From positions 12,148-76,147 of the forward strand of contig DATKGX010000048.1 in the NCBI GenBank assembly GCA_035510555.1: 64,000 nucleotides of DNA. Reading direction: 5' to 3'. The notes below the pieces were generated by a model. The model was not told the DNA's origin. It made no database searches and saw nothing but the letters and a program-made list of their open reading frames with translations. A program made the translations under genes and the position numbers. This document shows positions 1 to 11,324 of this stretch, piece by piece (positions within the stretch are counted from its first letter, which is position 1; each line of letters begins with the position of its first letter). The stretch is from Patescibacteria group bacterium. Its GTDB lineage: Bacteria; Patescibacteriota; Microgenomatia; Levybacterales; UBA12049.

Positions 1-310
1 AATCTTCTTCTAGAATTTTTTTAATTTCTTCTTTTTGTCCTGCGGAAACATGTTCATCTCCATCTAATTGCAATATCCAATCTTTCGTCGCCATCTCAAT
101 TGCCATTTGCTTATTGATATGAAAGTTAGGCTTATTGGTGGTTATTTTTACCCTAGCCTGATATTGTTTGGCTATTTTTACCGTTTCATCAGAAGACATA
201 CCGTCAACAATTACTATTTCATCCGCTAGATCTTTAACGCTATCTAAACATGCAGCTAAATTTTTCTCCTCGTTATAAGTGGCAAGAACGACCGAAAGCA
301 TTTGCTTCAT
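1..310 (-). CDS. GT2 glycosyltransferase (beta-1,4-glucosyltransferase-like), runs off window edge
   Basis: Manual translation from ATG 310: MKQMLSVVLATYNEEKNLAACLDSV..EIVIVDGMSSDET..WILQLDADE (GT2 N-terminus and DxD). Confidence 0.85.
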   Translation of the reverse strand, partial: MKQMLSVVLATYNEEKNLAACLDSVKDLADEIVIVDGMSSDETVKIAKQYQARVKITTNKPNFHINKQMAIEMATKDWILQLDGDEHVSAGQKEEIKKILEED

Positions 311-323
311 AAGCAATATGATA

Positions 324-1964
324 CTAGGAAAATCTTCCCTTTACAAACCTAAAGCTCAATAAACTTGCTAAAATTACCAAACTTGCTGCGGAGAGAAGAT
401 CACAAATTAGCCGTAACTTTGTCTCGGAATACTTTGCTTCAATCGTATAATTTCCTTGATTAAGAAAAAACAGCATGGTTCCTCGATATTGCATATTCTG
501 AAATTGAATAGTAACCGGTACGCTGTTAGCTAAAATCTCCCAACCCGGAAAATAGAGCGTATTTTCTTCAAATAAAGTTCTCTTTGCGACGTTCACCGTG
601 TAAAGATGATCCGTCGAGGTCCTTTTTATTTCTTTAATGGTTGCCTTACCGTCAAGCATTTCTAAATGGCTTTTTGGCGCATGCTCCATAAACCTTACCG
701 ACCAAAGAGGCGAACTCTCACCGGTATCAGTCGTACTAGGATATATACCGGTATAAAAACCGGCCGGTTTATATAAATAATCTTTGGCTTTAAAATAATC
801 CTTACTAATAAACAACACTATGGCGATTAAAATTAATACTAAAATGAGCTGCAATTTTTTGGGAATTTTAGAAATTAGCATAGCAGCTAATATTGCTGTT
901 GATAAAACAGCAATCGCCAGAAACCGCCAGGCAAATTGAAAGTTTTGCAGAAGAATTATTCTTTCCCAGAGAAAATTAGAGATGGGCAGCATTAAAAATA
1001 TTGCCAACAAGGTATATAAAAGGCATAACAATATAAGTAGATAATTTTTGTCTTTTTTCAACCAAAAGATAATAGCTAAAACCGGGGATAAGATTAATGC
1101 TAACCATTGAACTATTCCCAGTTGCTCTGTAAACATGCCGCTTCCGCCATAGCTCCAGGACCCGTAAATCAAGGCCTTCAAGCTAACAAAACTATCTTTA
1201 TACACTCCTTTTGTAATGATATTCCGAAGCGTATATCTTCCCTCAAGTAATGCCGGTGCCCAAAAGAATGCCGACAGAGTAAAGCCAAAAAGTATTAAGA
1301 ATAAAGTATTAAGTATTAAGTGTTTATTGAATTTGGATAACCAGACAAGATATAAACCGTAGAAAAATATAAACGGCACTGTAATAAGTGCAATCGCATT
1401 ATGTGCAAGAATTAAAAAGGCCAACGATAAAGAACCAAAGAGCGTATATCTAATGTCAGGGTTCTTATAAAGCTTGTAAAGAAAATATAAAACCAATGGT
1501 ACAAATGCGAAAGCCAGATTTTCGCCTATATCCCCTCTAACGTTGAGATCTACAAACCTGTAGGGAGCATATGTGTACAGAAAGGCTCCCAAAAGTGCCG
1601 GTTCTTTACCTAAGAATTGCTTGAGCCAGAAAAACATAAAGAATAAGGATAGAATCATCCCTAAACCGTAAACAATTTTTACTGAATCAACTAGGGAAAA
1701 GCCGAAAAAATGAAAAACAGAAGCTAAGTAGGATGGCAAAGGATATAAAAATTCCAAGATTGGGTGGCCATATCCCCAATTAAGATTTGCAGCCCATCTG
1801 GGAATTAAATTTCCTTCAATAAGATTTTGGTAGAAATTGGCGATCCGGGCAATATGATCTTGTCCGTCGTGTGTTATCGGCAAACCGGGATGCACAAGCG
1901 ATAAAACTGAAATAATCGAAAGCACAATTAGGATAGCGACGATAAATCTATTTCTTAACATCAT
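324..1964 (-). CDS. PTPS-related (6-pyruvoyl-tetrahydropterin synthase-related) polytopic membrane protein, putative GT-C glycosyltransferase
   Basis: THDG..H..R, PRWAANLNWGYGHP..LYPL, VRGDIGE, LQNFQFAWRF, C-terminal YFPGW; paralogous to 15143, 31059, 32747. Confidence 0.75.
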   Translation of the reverse strand: MMLRNRFIVAILIVLSIISVLSLVHPGLPITHDGQDHIARIANFYQNLIEGNLIPRWAANLNWGYGHPILEFLYPLPSYLASVFHFFGFSLVDSVKIVYGLGMILSLFFMFFWLKQFLGKEPALLGAFLYTYAPYRFVDLNVRGDIGENLAFAFVPLVLYFLYKLYKNPDIRYTLFGSLSLAFLILAHNAIALITVPFIFFYGLYLVWLSKFNKHLILNTLFLILFGFTLSAFFWAPALLEGRYTLRNIITKGVYKDSFVSLKALIYGSWSYGGSGMFTEQLGIVQWLALILSPVLAIIFWLKKDKNYLLILLCLLYTLLAIFLMLPISNFLWERIILLQNFQFAWRFLAIAVLSTAILAAMLISKIPKKLQLILVLILIAIVLFISKDYFKAKDYLYKPAGFYTGIYPSTTDTGESSPLWSVRFMEHAPKSHLEMLDGKATIKEIKRTSTDHLYTVNVAKRTLFEENTLYFPGWEILANSVPVTIQFQNMQYRGTMLFFLNQGNYTIEAKYSETKLRLICDLLSAASLVILASLLSFRFVKGRFS

Positions 1965-3243
1965 ATGGATTTAGTCCTTTCTGCCTCATGTAATAATAGT
2001 ACAAATAAGATTCGGGAACACCTACTTGGAACTCTATTCTTTGCCCTTGATTTATTGTCTGCATAGTATTTTCCCACCTCTTCGTTAAGCCAACATCATG
2101 ATAAGGTAAATAGGTCATTACATTTGTAAACGCAATATAAACTAGCACAATTAGAACAATCGCTTTGGGAATAATATTCTTTATCGTCCAAATCCTCCCT
2201 AGAAAATAGGCAATGATTAAAAGAGCGATGAATCGATTAATAACAAAATAGTAATCACTTATTTCCCCGCTATAAGTAGCAAATATAATCCAAGGAACAA
2301 TAAACCAGAGAAAAACCAAATAAGCAAATTTTTTTCTTTCCGTATTTAAAGCCTTGAAAAGATAGATAATAAAGAAAAGTGGCAACAAGACAACTTTAAA
2401 GGGAAACAGTTTATCGCTAAAGAGGTAAGTGTTGAATTGAATTAGCGCATCTCCCGTAATTTGAATCATTCTCTTCAAATGAAATCCGTGATAATAAGTT
2501 TGAAGATAGTCAGTAAAATTTGAACCTGTAGATTTTTGCTGAACTTGGTAAACAACATTCGGCACTAACCATACTAAAAACAATGGCAATGACAAAATTA
2601 TATACTTGAGAGTTTCTTTGCTTCTGGGGAAAAGCGGTAAAGTTAAAATAATAATTACCGGGAAGAAAATCGCGGTAAAATGTAAATTAAAAGCAAACCC
2701 CACTAATAAAGCCAAGGGAATAATTTTTTTTATGTCGCCGATAACTATTTTGTATAAAACGTAGAATATTAATAATGCAATTGCCGGAAGAAGATCAACC
2801 GGCCATTGTACTCTGTCAAAAAATATTGCAGGCAAAGAAAACGTATTGATAAAAACCGCAATTAAAGCTACCTCAGTTGAAAACAATTTCTTAGCGACAT
2901 AAAATATCACCCAAAAAGTAAAAATACTGCAAACTCCCGCAAAAACACTTGAGGCAATCGGATTTAATCTAAAAATCCAATAAGCCACGGCCAGCATATA
3001 ATAATAAACCGGCCCAATATAGATATTGCTATTTTCCTTGGCAACCATTCCAATTAAGGGAAACCAATGATTGACCAAAATGTTTTTTGCGGCCCAGGCA
3101 TTATCCACCTGATCATAACCAAATGCATTCTTTAGATCCATTTGGTAAAACCTGAGAAATATTTCAAATAAAAATATCGCTGCAACAACTACTATATATT
3201 TATTTTTAAGTAACCATTCCCAGTATTTATTAAATTTTTTCAT
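1948..3243 (-). CDS. ArnT/PMT-like GT-C glycosyltransferase
   Basis: LRFY..GYDQ acidic motif after TM1, GPVYYY, many TM helices. Confidence 0.75.
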   Translation of the reverse strand: MKKFNKYWEWLLKNKYIVVVAAIFLFEIFLRFYQMDLKNAFGYDQVDNAWAAKNILVNHWFPLIGMVAKENSNIYIGPVYYYMLAVAYWIFRLNPIASSVFAGVCSIFTFWVIFYVAKKLFSTEVALIAVFINTFSLPAIFFDRVQWPVDLLPAIALLIFYVLYKIVIGDIKKIIPLALLVGFAFNLHFTAIFFPVIIILTLPLFPRSKETLKYIILSLPLFLVWLVPNVVYQVQQKSTGSNFTDYLQTYYHGFHLKRMIQITGDALIQFNTYLFSDKLFPFKVVLLPLFFIIYLFKALNTERKKFAYLVFLWFIVPWIIFATYSGEISDYYFVINRFIALLIIAYFLGRIWTIKNIIPKAIVLIVLVYIAFTNVMTYLPYHDVGLTKRWENTMQTINQGQRIEFQVGVPESYLYYYYMRQKGLNPYDVKK

Positions 3244-3246
3244 AAA

Positions 3247-4815
3247 TTAAGCTTGCCTTTTTTGCACTATAAAACCGCTTGGTATTAAAGTTTTAGTATC
3301 TATAATTTTACCCGTTTTTATTACGGTTTCCATCCAACCCTTATAGGTCCAGGGTTGATTCATGTCTACCTGCATTAATAGATAGAAAGTTCCTTTCTTT
3401 TCCTGATAAGGAAAATAGTGATATTTTGGCTTTGCATACCACCAGAGAAGATAATCATATGGATAAGTATAAACGGGGGGCGTAAAAATATATAGCCCAA
3501 ACGGCTTACCTTTAGCATCCTTATAAATATAGTCTATTGCCTGCTCCTGACCTTTTATTTTTGCCGCGCCGCCAAGATCGGGATAATCTTTTATGGTCAT
3601 CGAAATAGCACTTGTTACGGAAGTAAGTAAAAATATAGCTATCGCTAAAATGGCTATTAATTTAGCTAAATGCGACTTTCCTTTAAAGATTTTATAGATT
3701 ATGTATGTAGCTATAAAAATATATATAACATCAAGGTGATAAAGATAATAATAGTAAACGAAATTCCTAAGTAGCGAAAGAACAGCCACGGTAACTAATA
3801 GTGTGATGAATAAATATTTTAGGAAATTCTTAAGAGTCGCTTCTTTTTCTCTCAATGTAAGAAAAACAAGCAGTGCAATAAAGGCTAAAAACAGCAAAGC
3901 GGAATATGGAGGAATATTTTTGATAGTAAAGGTGTTGAGAAAATTACTTACAAACGTAGATATATGATTGTTTAAAAGATTATCGTGAGCATTCGTTCTT
4001 AGGTAGACATTCGGCTGCACCAAAACATAGTTTATTATCCCTCTCGTTCCAATAAAGTTATGTCTTACTTCAAATAAAAGCATTGGTAAAATCCCGAGAA
4101 CAAATCCCATAAAAAGAGATAAATACTCTTTTACCTTATTAAGCTTAAGGATAAACACAACATAAAAAAGCAAAGCAACGCACATTGGGACTGCCATAGC
4201 AATTTCAAAATTATAAACAAAAACGGAAAAGAAAGCCGCTAGAAAAAGGTATTTCTTATCCTTCTTAAAAGCCTTGTAAGTAAAATAAAAAGCTAAAAAT
4301 ATAAAAAACGTTGATGGGTGATTATTCCAAATAAACCTGGCCTGGTCAATTAGAGGACTTGATATAGCAATAAAAAATGCCATTAGTGCGCCCGCCCATT
4401 GGTTTTTAAATATGGTTCTGGCAAAGAAATAAGCAAAGATAATGGAAGCCATACTAAACATAAACATCATTATCATTCCGCCATATGGATTTCCTTTGAA
4501 AAGCACAAAAAAGATTGAAAGAAGATAATAATAAACAGGCCCCTGGAAAATACCTTGGGTACCTGCGAAACCTCCTCCTATTTCTGAGCCTATTAGAGTA
4601 AACTTATGGTTAATAACTATATCTTTTACAGCCATGTAGTCTCTTCCTTGATCAATCAGAAAAAGATAATTGTTAGCTAAAATTTCAACGGCTCTTGGGA
4701 AAATGGAGAGAAAAATTATTAATCCTAAAAATAAAAAGAATATTGCGCGTCTTACTCTTTTATCTTCTAAAAACACACTCGCCTGTTTGATAACAGAATT
4801 GAAATTTACATTCAT
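3247..4815 (-). CDS. ArnT/PMT-like GT-C glycosyltransferase
   Basis: IDQGRD, QGPVYYY, FIWN, C-terminal TPPVYTYPYDYL. Confidence 0.75.
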   Translation of the reverse strand: MNVNFNSVIKQASVFLEDKRVRRAIFFLFLGLIIFLSIFPRAVEILANNYLFLIDQGRDYMAVKDIVINHKFTLIGSEIGGGFAGTQGIFQGPVYYYLLSIFFVLFKGNPYGGMIMMFMFSMASIIFAYFFARTIFKNQWAGALMAFFIAISSPLIDQARFIWNNHPSTFFIFLAFYFTYKAFKKDKKYLFLAAFFSVFVYNFEIAMAVPMCVALLFYVVFILKLNKVKEYLSLFMGFVLGILPMLLFEVRHNFIGTRGIINYVLVQPNVYLRTNAHDNLLNNHISTFVSNFLNTFTIKNIPPYSALLFLAFIALLVFLTLREKEATLKNFLKYLFITLLVTVAVLSLLRNFVYYYYLYHLDVIYIFIATYIIYKIFKGKSHLAKLIAILAIAIFLLTSVTSAISMTIKDYPDLGGAAKIKGQEQAIDYIYKDAKGKPFGLYIFTPPVYTYPYDYLLWWYAKPKYHYFPYQEKKGTFYLLMQVDMNQPWTYKGWMETVIKTGKIIDTKTLIPSGFIVQKRQA

Positions 4816-4818
4816 AAA

Positions 4819-6306
4819 TTAATGAATTCTTGTTTGGACGATGATTCCGCCTTTTACCTCTTGAGATTTAATGATTCTTCCGTCCCCTTCTCTTTGGGTT
4901 AACCAATTTTCTAGCCTTGAGGGGTCTTGGAAATCGGGCTCCAGAATAAAATAAGCCAGATTTGCTTGTGTCTGAGGTGAATAGTGATACTTTTTAGGCC
5001 CATACCAATTAAAGAGATATTGATAGGTATAATCGTAAACTGGCGGCGTGTAGACAACGTACTTAAAAGGTTTTCCGCCTGATTGTTTGTAAACATAATC
5101 TATAACTGCAACTTGATTACGATAAACAGACGCATCTCCTTCCCATAAGGGCTTACCTATATTTTGAATTTGGGAATAAGGATTTAGATTAAAAAGAAAA
5201 ATTATTAGTGTTAATAAAATTGCCAATTTAGTCGAAAAATTTTTGGCCAATAGATAAACAGCGATTGCAAAAAGTAAAAGATAAAAAACCGGCAGACCAA
5301 CTAGATAATGAGGCCAAACATCATGACTAAAAAAAGTCAACCCAATTAGAAAAACTGCTACGACAATTAATGAAACTCTAATGAAATTTTTTATTATCCA
5401 GTCGGATTTTTTGTAAAAAAGCAAAATAGAGAAAACTATAAATACTAATTCGCATCCGACTAAAAGCTTATTGTCATTACTAAGAGTTGAGGCAAATTGA
5501 CTAAACAAAATATTTATTCTGCTTATTAAAATGCTTACGATGGAAGGCAGATTGTGCGAGGAATTACCTGTTGTAAAAAAGGCGATTAGCGCTTTTGTCA
5601 TCAAGAATTGGTGCCTAACTTCAAATATAATTCTCGGGACAAGAATTATTAGTCCTCCAAATATAAATGCGGCTATAGATTTTAAATTAAATTTTCTTTG
5701 AATTGATAATACGGCAAGAACTATTCCAATAGAGAATAAAATTCCATAAACAATTTCAATATCAATGCTTAGAACCAATAATATCCCTAAAAATAAATAT
5801 AACAATGGTTTATTCTTTTGATTTTTTGCAAAAATCTTATTTAGAATCAACAAAATAATAATGACAAACAATGGCGCGATGTTTGGATTCCAAATTTGCG
5901 AAGACAAAGAAACCATTATACCTGACACGCTGACTAGGACTGCTAAAATTAAACCTAAACTATTTCCGCCAACCTTTTTTCCAAAATAAAAACTTAAAAT
6001 TATTATCGAAATTCCAATTAGTGATATTGACAGAACTATTCCTCGTGGATCGCCGGAGAAGATAATAAAAAAAGGAGTCAACAGGTAATACCACCACGGA
6101 CCATAAAATATTCCCGGCAATCCGGTCGTCGCTCCAATCAGGGGAATTTTATGCAGATTAACAATCGCCGAAAGCGCCAGCATGTCCCGCCCGACGTCGT
6201 AAGTAAAAGCAAAAGAATTAGTTAGAACCCCTTGCAATCTTAAATAAGCACCAATCAAAACAACCAGGAATAAAACTAGATATTCTTTTTTGAAAAATTT
6301 CTTCAT
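4819..6306 (-). CDS. ArnT/PMT-like GT-C glycosyltransferase
   Basis: YDVGRD, YGPWWYY, IWNPN, TPPVYDYTYQYL; paralog of 3247-4815. Confidence 0.75.
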   Translation of the reverse strand: MKKFFKKEYLVLFLVVLIGAYLRLQGVLTNSFAFTYDVGRDMLALSAIVNLHKIPLIGATTGLPGIFYGPWWYYLLTPFFIIFSGDPRGIVLSISLIGISIIILSFYFGKKVGGNSLGLILAVLVSVSGIMVSLSSQIWNPNIAPLFVIIILLILNKIFAKNQKNKPLLYLFLGILLVLSIDIEIVYGILFSIGIVLAVLSIQRKFNLKSIAAFIFGGLIILVPRIIFEVRHQFLMTKALIAFFTTGNSSHNLPSIVSILISRINILFSQFASTLSNDNKLLVGCELVFIVFSILLFYKKSDWIIKNFIRVSLIVVAVFLIGLTFFSHDVWPHYLVGLPVFYLLLFAIAVYLLAKNFSTKLAILLTLIIFLFNLNPYSQIQNIGKPLWEGDASVYRNQVAVIDYVYKQSGGKPFKYVVYTPPVYDYTYQYLFNWYGPKKYHYSPQTQANLAYFILEPDFQDPSRLENWLTQREGDGRIIKSQEVKGGIIVQTRIH

Positions 6307-7976
6307 GTTCCAACTATTTTTATGGCTGGGCTACCATCTAGATTGTTAATTATCTTAATCGCTCCGACACCCTTAGGAATTTCTGCCGGACTACCGATTA
6401 TTAGAGTATTTTTTAGACGCGAATCTTGACTCCAATTAATCGGTCTGAATGTATATTTTCCGAAAGAATGGTGCGAAACAAAACTACCTGAACTATTTTC
6501 GCCTATTATTTGATACTGCTCCGGAGGATATTGAAGATAAAATAAAAAGAACATGTAAGATTTATCAAGCGGCGGGAAGTCGGAAATAATAATGGTTTGA
6601 TATTTGTTTCCTATCGCTTTCACTTCGCTAACTGCCTGTTGGTAGCCGTATTGCCACTGCTCTGAATTATAATAATTTTGTTGGACAAAATACTGGTTAA
6701 AATAGTAAGTGACGTTAAAAATAAAAGCCACGGCAAAAATTAGATAAAAAACGAATTTCGTTCTTTTGTACTTATTGAAAAAGATGAAAGCATATAAAAT
6801 ACCAATTGCCGAAAGAATTTGCCAAGTCGGTAGAAAATTCAAAGTTCTAACCGCGTGCGGCACTCCGGTTGTAATCGAAGCCGGTACCGGCGCCAGCAAT
6901 AACCAACCGAAGACGACCAGTTTTGTCTTTTTGTCAAAATCACCAAACAAAAGAGTATAAATACCAAACAAAATAAAAGGCAACTCGAAAAGATACATAA
7001 TGCCCATCCCTGGCGCATGATGTCTTGCGATGTCACCTGTAATGAAAAGCCAATTCGGATCAAAATGGGAAATGTATCCCGAAACAATCGTTGAAACATA
7101 AATAAATCTTCGGTTGTCTATAATTAAGCCGAGCTTATCGTTATTTAAACTATCCCGCTGTAATTTCTGAATATCGTTACTTAAAAGCTCTGTCTGATAG
7201 GAAAAAATACTCGTTCCCGTAACTCTTAATAAAGCCGCCCGGTTGGTTGTAATATAGAAAAGCATTGGAGTAACTATGATTAATCCAAAAATTACAACGG
7301 CGAACAGGTATTTTTTGGAGAGCGCGAATAATTTTTTCCAATAGATTATTGCCAATAAAAGTATAAATAATGGCGTAAAAACTTTTTCGCTTTGATAAAC
7401 ATAAATACTTAACCCCGCAAAAAGCGCCGCCACAAATAAATACCACCGCTTACTGTTTACTCCCTTGATTAGAAACAAGGCGGCCAAAAGATTTAAAATA
7501 TCCCCTACGTTTGCTTCGAAAGCAACTCTTGAGAATTGCAATGACCAGGGAGATATCGCCAACATAAAACTGGCGACTAAGGCTAATGGATCTTTATATT
7601 TAAAGTCCCGGAAAAGTTCTTGAACAAGATAGAAAACGGCAATAACCGAAATTATGCCAAAAAGCGCTGAAGGTAGCCTAACCGCAAAAATATTCAATCC
7701 CAACATAGCAACTGTCGGAATTGCCAGATAAGCGTATAAGGCCGGCTTGTAATCGTCGAATGAACGAAGCACCACTGGCAGAAACTTGCCGAATTCATCC
7801 CGCCCGGTGTGCATAATTGAGTAAGCATCGTATCCTAATGCGGCCTCGTCCCAATCCGGCGAAGGAGGAACGCTGCCCAGCTGCCAAAGCCTTAGTCCCG
7901 CGGCGAGAATTATAATAGCAATCAATAATATCCATACTTTTGAAAATTGAAAATTGAAAATTGAAAATTTTTTCAT
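6303..7976 (-). CDS. ArnT/PMT-like GT-C glycosyltransferase
   Basis: WDEAALGYDAYS..GRDEFG, DYKP, AVRLPSA, SPWSLQFSRVAFEAN. Confidence 0.8.
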   Translation of the reverse strand: MKKFSIFNFQFSKVWILLIAIIILAAGLRLWQLGSVPPSPDWDEAALGYDAYSIMHTGRDEFGKFLPVVLRSFDDYKPALYAYLAIPTVAMLGLNIFAVRLPSALFGIISVIAVFYLVQELFRDFKYKDPLALVASFMLAISPWSLQFSRVAFEANVGDILNLLAALFLIKGVNSKRWYLFVAALFAGLSIYVYQSEKVFTPLFILLLAIIYWKKLFALSKKYLFAVVIFGLIIVTPMLFYITTNRAALLRVTGTSIFSYQTELLSNDIQKLQRDSLNNDKLGLIIDNRRFIYVSTIVSGYISHFDPNWLFITGDIARHHAPGMGIMYLFELPFILFGIYTLLFGDFDKKTKLVVFGWLLLAPVPASITTGVPHAVRTLNFLPTWQILSAIGILYAFIFFNKYKRTKFVFYLIFAVAFIFNVTYYFNQYFVQQNYYNSEQWQYGYQQAVSEVKAIGNKYQTIIISDFPPLDKSYMFFLFYLQYPPEQYQIIGENSSGSFVSHHSFGKYTFRPINWSQDSRLKNTLIIGSPAEIPKGVGAIKIINNLDGSPAIKIVGT

Positions 7977-9601
7977 AATGTATAAGCCACTAGAACCGGC
8001 TGGCCATTTAATAAGTAAAACGTCTTTAGAACTTTTTTATTTTTAGGTAAATTATATGGCGTATTGATATAAAGCACTTTTTTACTTTTACTCAACGTAT
8101 AATTATAATTATCGGGAAAAAGATATTTACCAAACGCTTCGACTGTGACAAAACCGAAAGCATCCCTGTGGATTACCGCAGTCTTCCGATAATCCGCCGG
8201 CAAAGTCTGCGTATAAAAAAGATAGTAAATATATGGTCTTCCCAATTCGTTGGTAATTTGGATGTTGTCGTAATTTTTTTCTACCGATTGCACATAAGCA
8301 ATTGATTGCTGATACCCGTATTCCCACTCTCCGGAAAATTCTGCGGGGTAATGCGCAAAATAATCGTGGCAAAAATAAGCTAAATTTATTAACAGTAATC
8401 CGATTAAAACTACCGTGATTAGATTCTTAAAGCGTTTGACTAGCGATAAAAGCATTATAAATCCGTAAGCACTGATAATTTGAAACATTGGCAGAGACGC
8501 TTCAATCCTTAGTGCATGTGGCGTTTCTCGTGCCGTGGCAGCAGGAATAATGCCGATTAAAAGCCACAACGGCACCAACCACCAATTCCCTTCCCGCTTT
8601 TTTACCAAAAATAAGATTCCGATGACGACAAATGGAATATCCCAAATAAACATTTCTCCAACGCTTTGAATCGAAAACTTGGGGTTACCATCGCCTTTTA
8701 TGAATAAAAAGGTGGGACTTAAGTTGTCAAAATAATGTTTTACATATTCTATTGAATATAAAACCCTTCTGTTATGGATTAATTTTGACCACAAAGCATT
8801 ATGATCGTTGGCAATTTCCTGGTTGGCGACTTTAACCACGCCCGGATCCGAAAAGATATTTACTTCTTGAAATCTTAAGCCTGCTTGCGGGGTTAAAAGA
8901 AATCGGAAAGTGGGTAGAAAAACGACTAGTCCAACAATGCAGGCTATTAAGACTTCTTTTTTTATTTGGAATAATCTTTTCCTGAACAAAAGCGCAAGAA
9001 CGATTACTAAAAGCGGGGCGACTACCCTCGCTGTATTAAACGTGTACATGGAAACAGCGAAAGAAACGGCGGAAATTAAAAGGTACCATTTCTTTTCTTG
9101 AGTTGCTGCCAAAAATCCCCAAACGCCTAGGACTAAAAAGAAAGTCGCCACGTTAGCCTCAAAAGCGGCCCGTGACAGCATAATATGCCAAGGTGAAATC
9201 GCCAGAATAAAGGCCGAAGCAAGCGCGTATTTCTGCTTTTCTTTTGAATTCCAAAATATTCTCTTGACCAAAAAATAAGTCAACAAAACTGTCAGAACTC
9301 CAAACAAAGCGGATGGGACACGGGTTGAAAATTCATTTAAGCCTAACAACTTTACGGGAATAACATCTAAGTAAGCGTACATTGGCGGCTTAAAATCGCC
9401 GAATGATTCAAGATAATCGTGAGGCAAAAACCGGCCAAATTCATCTTTGCCGTCGATTCCGATTGAATACGCATTATAGCCCCAAGCCGACTCATCCCAA
9501 GTTAAGGAAGGCGGATTTGCTCCCAGTTGGTAAAACCGCAAAAATCCGGCTATTAATACTATTAAAAGCAATAGTAATTTGTAATTAATAAATTTAAGCA
9601 T
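7973..9601 (-). CDS. ArnT/PMT-like GT-C glycosyltransferase
   Basis: WDESAWGYNAYS..GKDEFG, DFKPP, STRVPSA, SPWHIMLSRAAFEAN. Confidence 0.8.
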   Translation of the reverse strand: MLKFINYKLLLLLIVLIAGFLRFYQLGANPPSLTWDESAWGYNAYSIGIDGKDEFGRFLPHDYLESFGDFKPPMYAYLDVIPVKLLGLNEFSTRVPSALFGVLTVLLTYFLVKRIFWNSKEKQKYALASAFILAISPWHIMLSRAAFEANVATFFLVLGVWGFLAATQEKKWYLLISAVSFAVSMYTFNTARVVAPLLVIVLALLFRKRLFQIKKEVLIACIVGLVVFLPTFRFLLTPQAGLRFQEVNIFSDPGVVKVANQEIANDHNALWSKLIHNRRVLYSIEYVKHYFDNLSPTFLFIKGDGNPKFSIQSVGEMFIWDIPFVVIGILFLVKKREGNWWLVPLWLLIGIIPAATARETPHALRIEASLPMFQIISAYGFIMLLSLVKRFKNLITVVLIGLLLINLAYFCHDYFAHYPAEFSGEWEYGYQQSIAYVQSVEKNYDNIQITNELGRPYIYYLFYTQTLPADYRKTAVIHRDAFGFVTVEAFGKYLFPDNYNYTLSKSKKVLYINTPYNLPKNKKVLKTFYLLNGQPVLVAYTL

Positions 9602-9620
9602 TTCCCTTAAGACTCGTTCT

Positions 9621-11324
9621 CTACCATTTATATCTTAGCAAATCCACTGATCTCACTGCTTCAAATATGACATTTCCCAACTTATCCTTTACGACAAATA
9701 CAGGTTTTATCGATTTTGGAAAATCCAAGGGGCTGGAAATAATCAAACAATTTAGGCTACTCATTTTTCCTAGCTGTGAACCTGTGGGTGGGTTCGGCAC
9801 GAAATAAATATTGCCAATTTTATCAACCGATACCCATCCGTCTGTAGTCATGCTGTAACTAACGCCTTTTTTACTCTGGTACTGACGCGGATCATATTTT
9901 GTGTAAAAAAGATAATAGATATATTGCTTAGCGTCGTTTAAGTGTCTGGAGATGTAAATCCGGTTGTAATCATTTCTTAATGCATAAGTTTTCTGTATTA
10001 AATCTTTATAACCATATTGGGAATAAATCGCGTAGTTATTCTTAAAATAAGTGAGATAAATTATAAAAAAAGAAATTAAGCTAAAAGAAATGGCTATAAG
10101 AAAGACAGTTGCGAATAAATAGCTTATTAATTTCTGCTTCCCCTTTAAGAAATCCCAGCAATAATAAATTCCTAAACCGCCGAAAAGAGCTAGGAATGGT
10201 TGCATTATTGATGACCTTACGTAATTTCCGTCGCTGGTAAATGCATTCGGCAAAGGAGAGAGTAAAAATAAAGTTGTTAAGGCAAAACTTAATTTTCGCT
10301 GCTTATTATTTCTTAAAAAGAATACAATCCCCAATATTAACGGTAAAAAATTAAAAAGATAATCTAAGCCTCTTTCCGGCAATATGGAGAATTGCGTGGG
10401 CGTACCATTTACATATAAAAAGTTGGGGGAGAATTGAGATAAATAATTCTTAACGAGAGTGCTGGGGAAAAGAAGTGCTTTGTTATCGGTTATTTTACAA
10501 ATAGTAGAATTAAATGCCGCTAGACATTGACCTCTTTGGTCATTGAGATTATTGATTAAGCCGATACTATTAATATTAGTGGTTAAGCCGACCTGGGAAA
10601 ATCTTACCGAAGCCGCATTTTGCTGGAAAATCATTGGAGAGATGAAAATTAAAAACAATATTAAGGGTTTTAGTAAATATCCATATCCCTTCTCTTTCTC
10701 GTAATTTACCCACAAAATTACCATTAAAACTAAAGGAGCGTAAAGAATATAAGCGGAATATGTATACATAGAAAGAGCGAGGAAAAAAGCAGCATAATAC
10801 AAACTTTTGCCGGATTTTTGTACCAGTCCAAAAATAAGTGCAACAATCAAAAACAATATGCCAATATTAGCTTCATGTCCTATCCTACTTAACCCAATTG
10901 CCCAAGGCATTATCGCTAAGAACAGGGCGGAAAAAAGAGCGGCCTTTTTGTTAACCAATTTCTTCACTAGAAAATATAAAGCCATAACAGATAAGATTCC
11001 ACCAAGAGAGGAGATAAATCTGGTAGAAAATTCATTAAGGCCAAATAGATAAATTGGGATTAGCGATAAATACCTATATACAGGAAGCGGAGCGCCTCCA
11101 AAACCTACAAAATGGGTTAAAGGCAAAAAAGTATTCCATTGATCTTTTCCCGTTAACAGCACGGAATAAGCATCGTATCCAGCATTAGCTTCATCGTTTA
11201 GAAAACCGGCAGGAATATTGCCCAGTTGATAAAATCTTAGAAAAATCGCCAAGCAAATTATAAAAAATAGCAATAAATAGCTTTTATTAAAGACGCTTCT
11301 GATATTTAAAATAATGCTTTTCAT
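9621..11324 (-). CDS. ArnT/PMT-like GT-C glycosyltransferase
   Basis: NDEANAGYDAYS..GKDQW, STRF, PWAIGLSRIGHEAN; start moved from 11342 to ATG 11324, which overlaps the upstream stop (ATGA). Confidence 0.78.
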   Translation of the reverse strand: MKSIILNIRSVFNKSYLLLFFIICLAIFLRFYQLGNIPAGFLNDEANAGYDAYSVLLTGKDQWNTFLPLTHFVGFGGAPLPVYRYLSLIPIYLFGLNEFSTRFISSLGGILSVMALYFLVKKLVNKKAALFSALFLAIMPWAIGLSRIGHEANIGILFLIVALIFGLVQKSGKSLYYAAFFLALSMYTYSAYILYAPLVLMVILWVNYEKEKGYGYLLKPLILFLIFISPMIFQQNAASVRFSQVGLTTNINSIGLINNLNDQRGQCLAAFNSTICKITDNKALLFPSTLVKNYLSQFSPNFLYVNGTPTQFSILPERGLDYLFNFLPLILGIVFFLRNNKQRKLSFALTTLFLLSPLPNAFTSDGNYVRSSIMQPFLALFGGLGIYYCWDFLKGKQKLISYLFATVFLIAISFSLISFFIIYLTYFKNNYAIYSQYGYKDLIQKTYALRNDYNRIYISRHLNDAKQYIYYLFYTKYDPRQYQSKKGVSYSMTTDGWVSVDKIGNIYFVPNPPTGSQLGKMSSLNCLIISSPLDFPKSIKPVFVVKDKLGNVIFEAVRSVDLLRYKW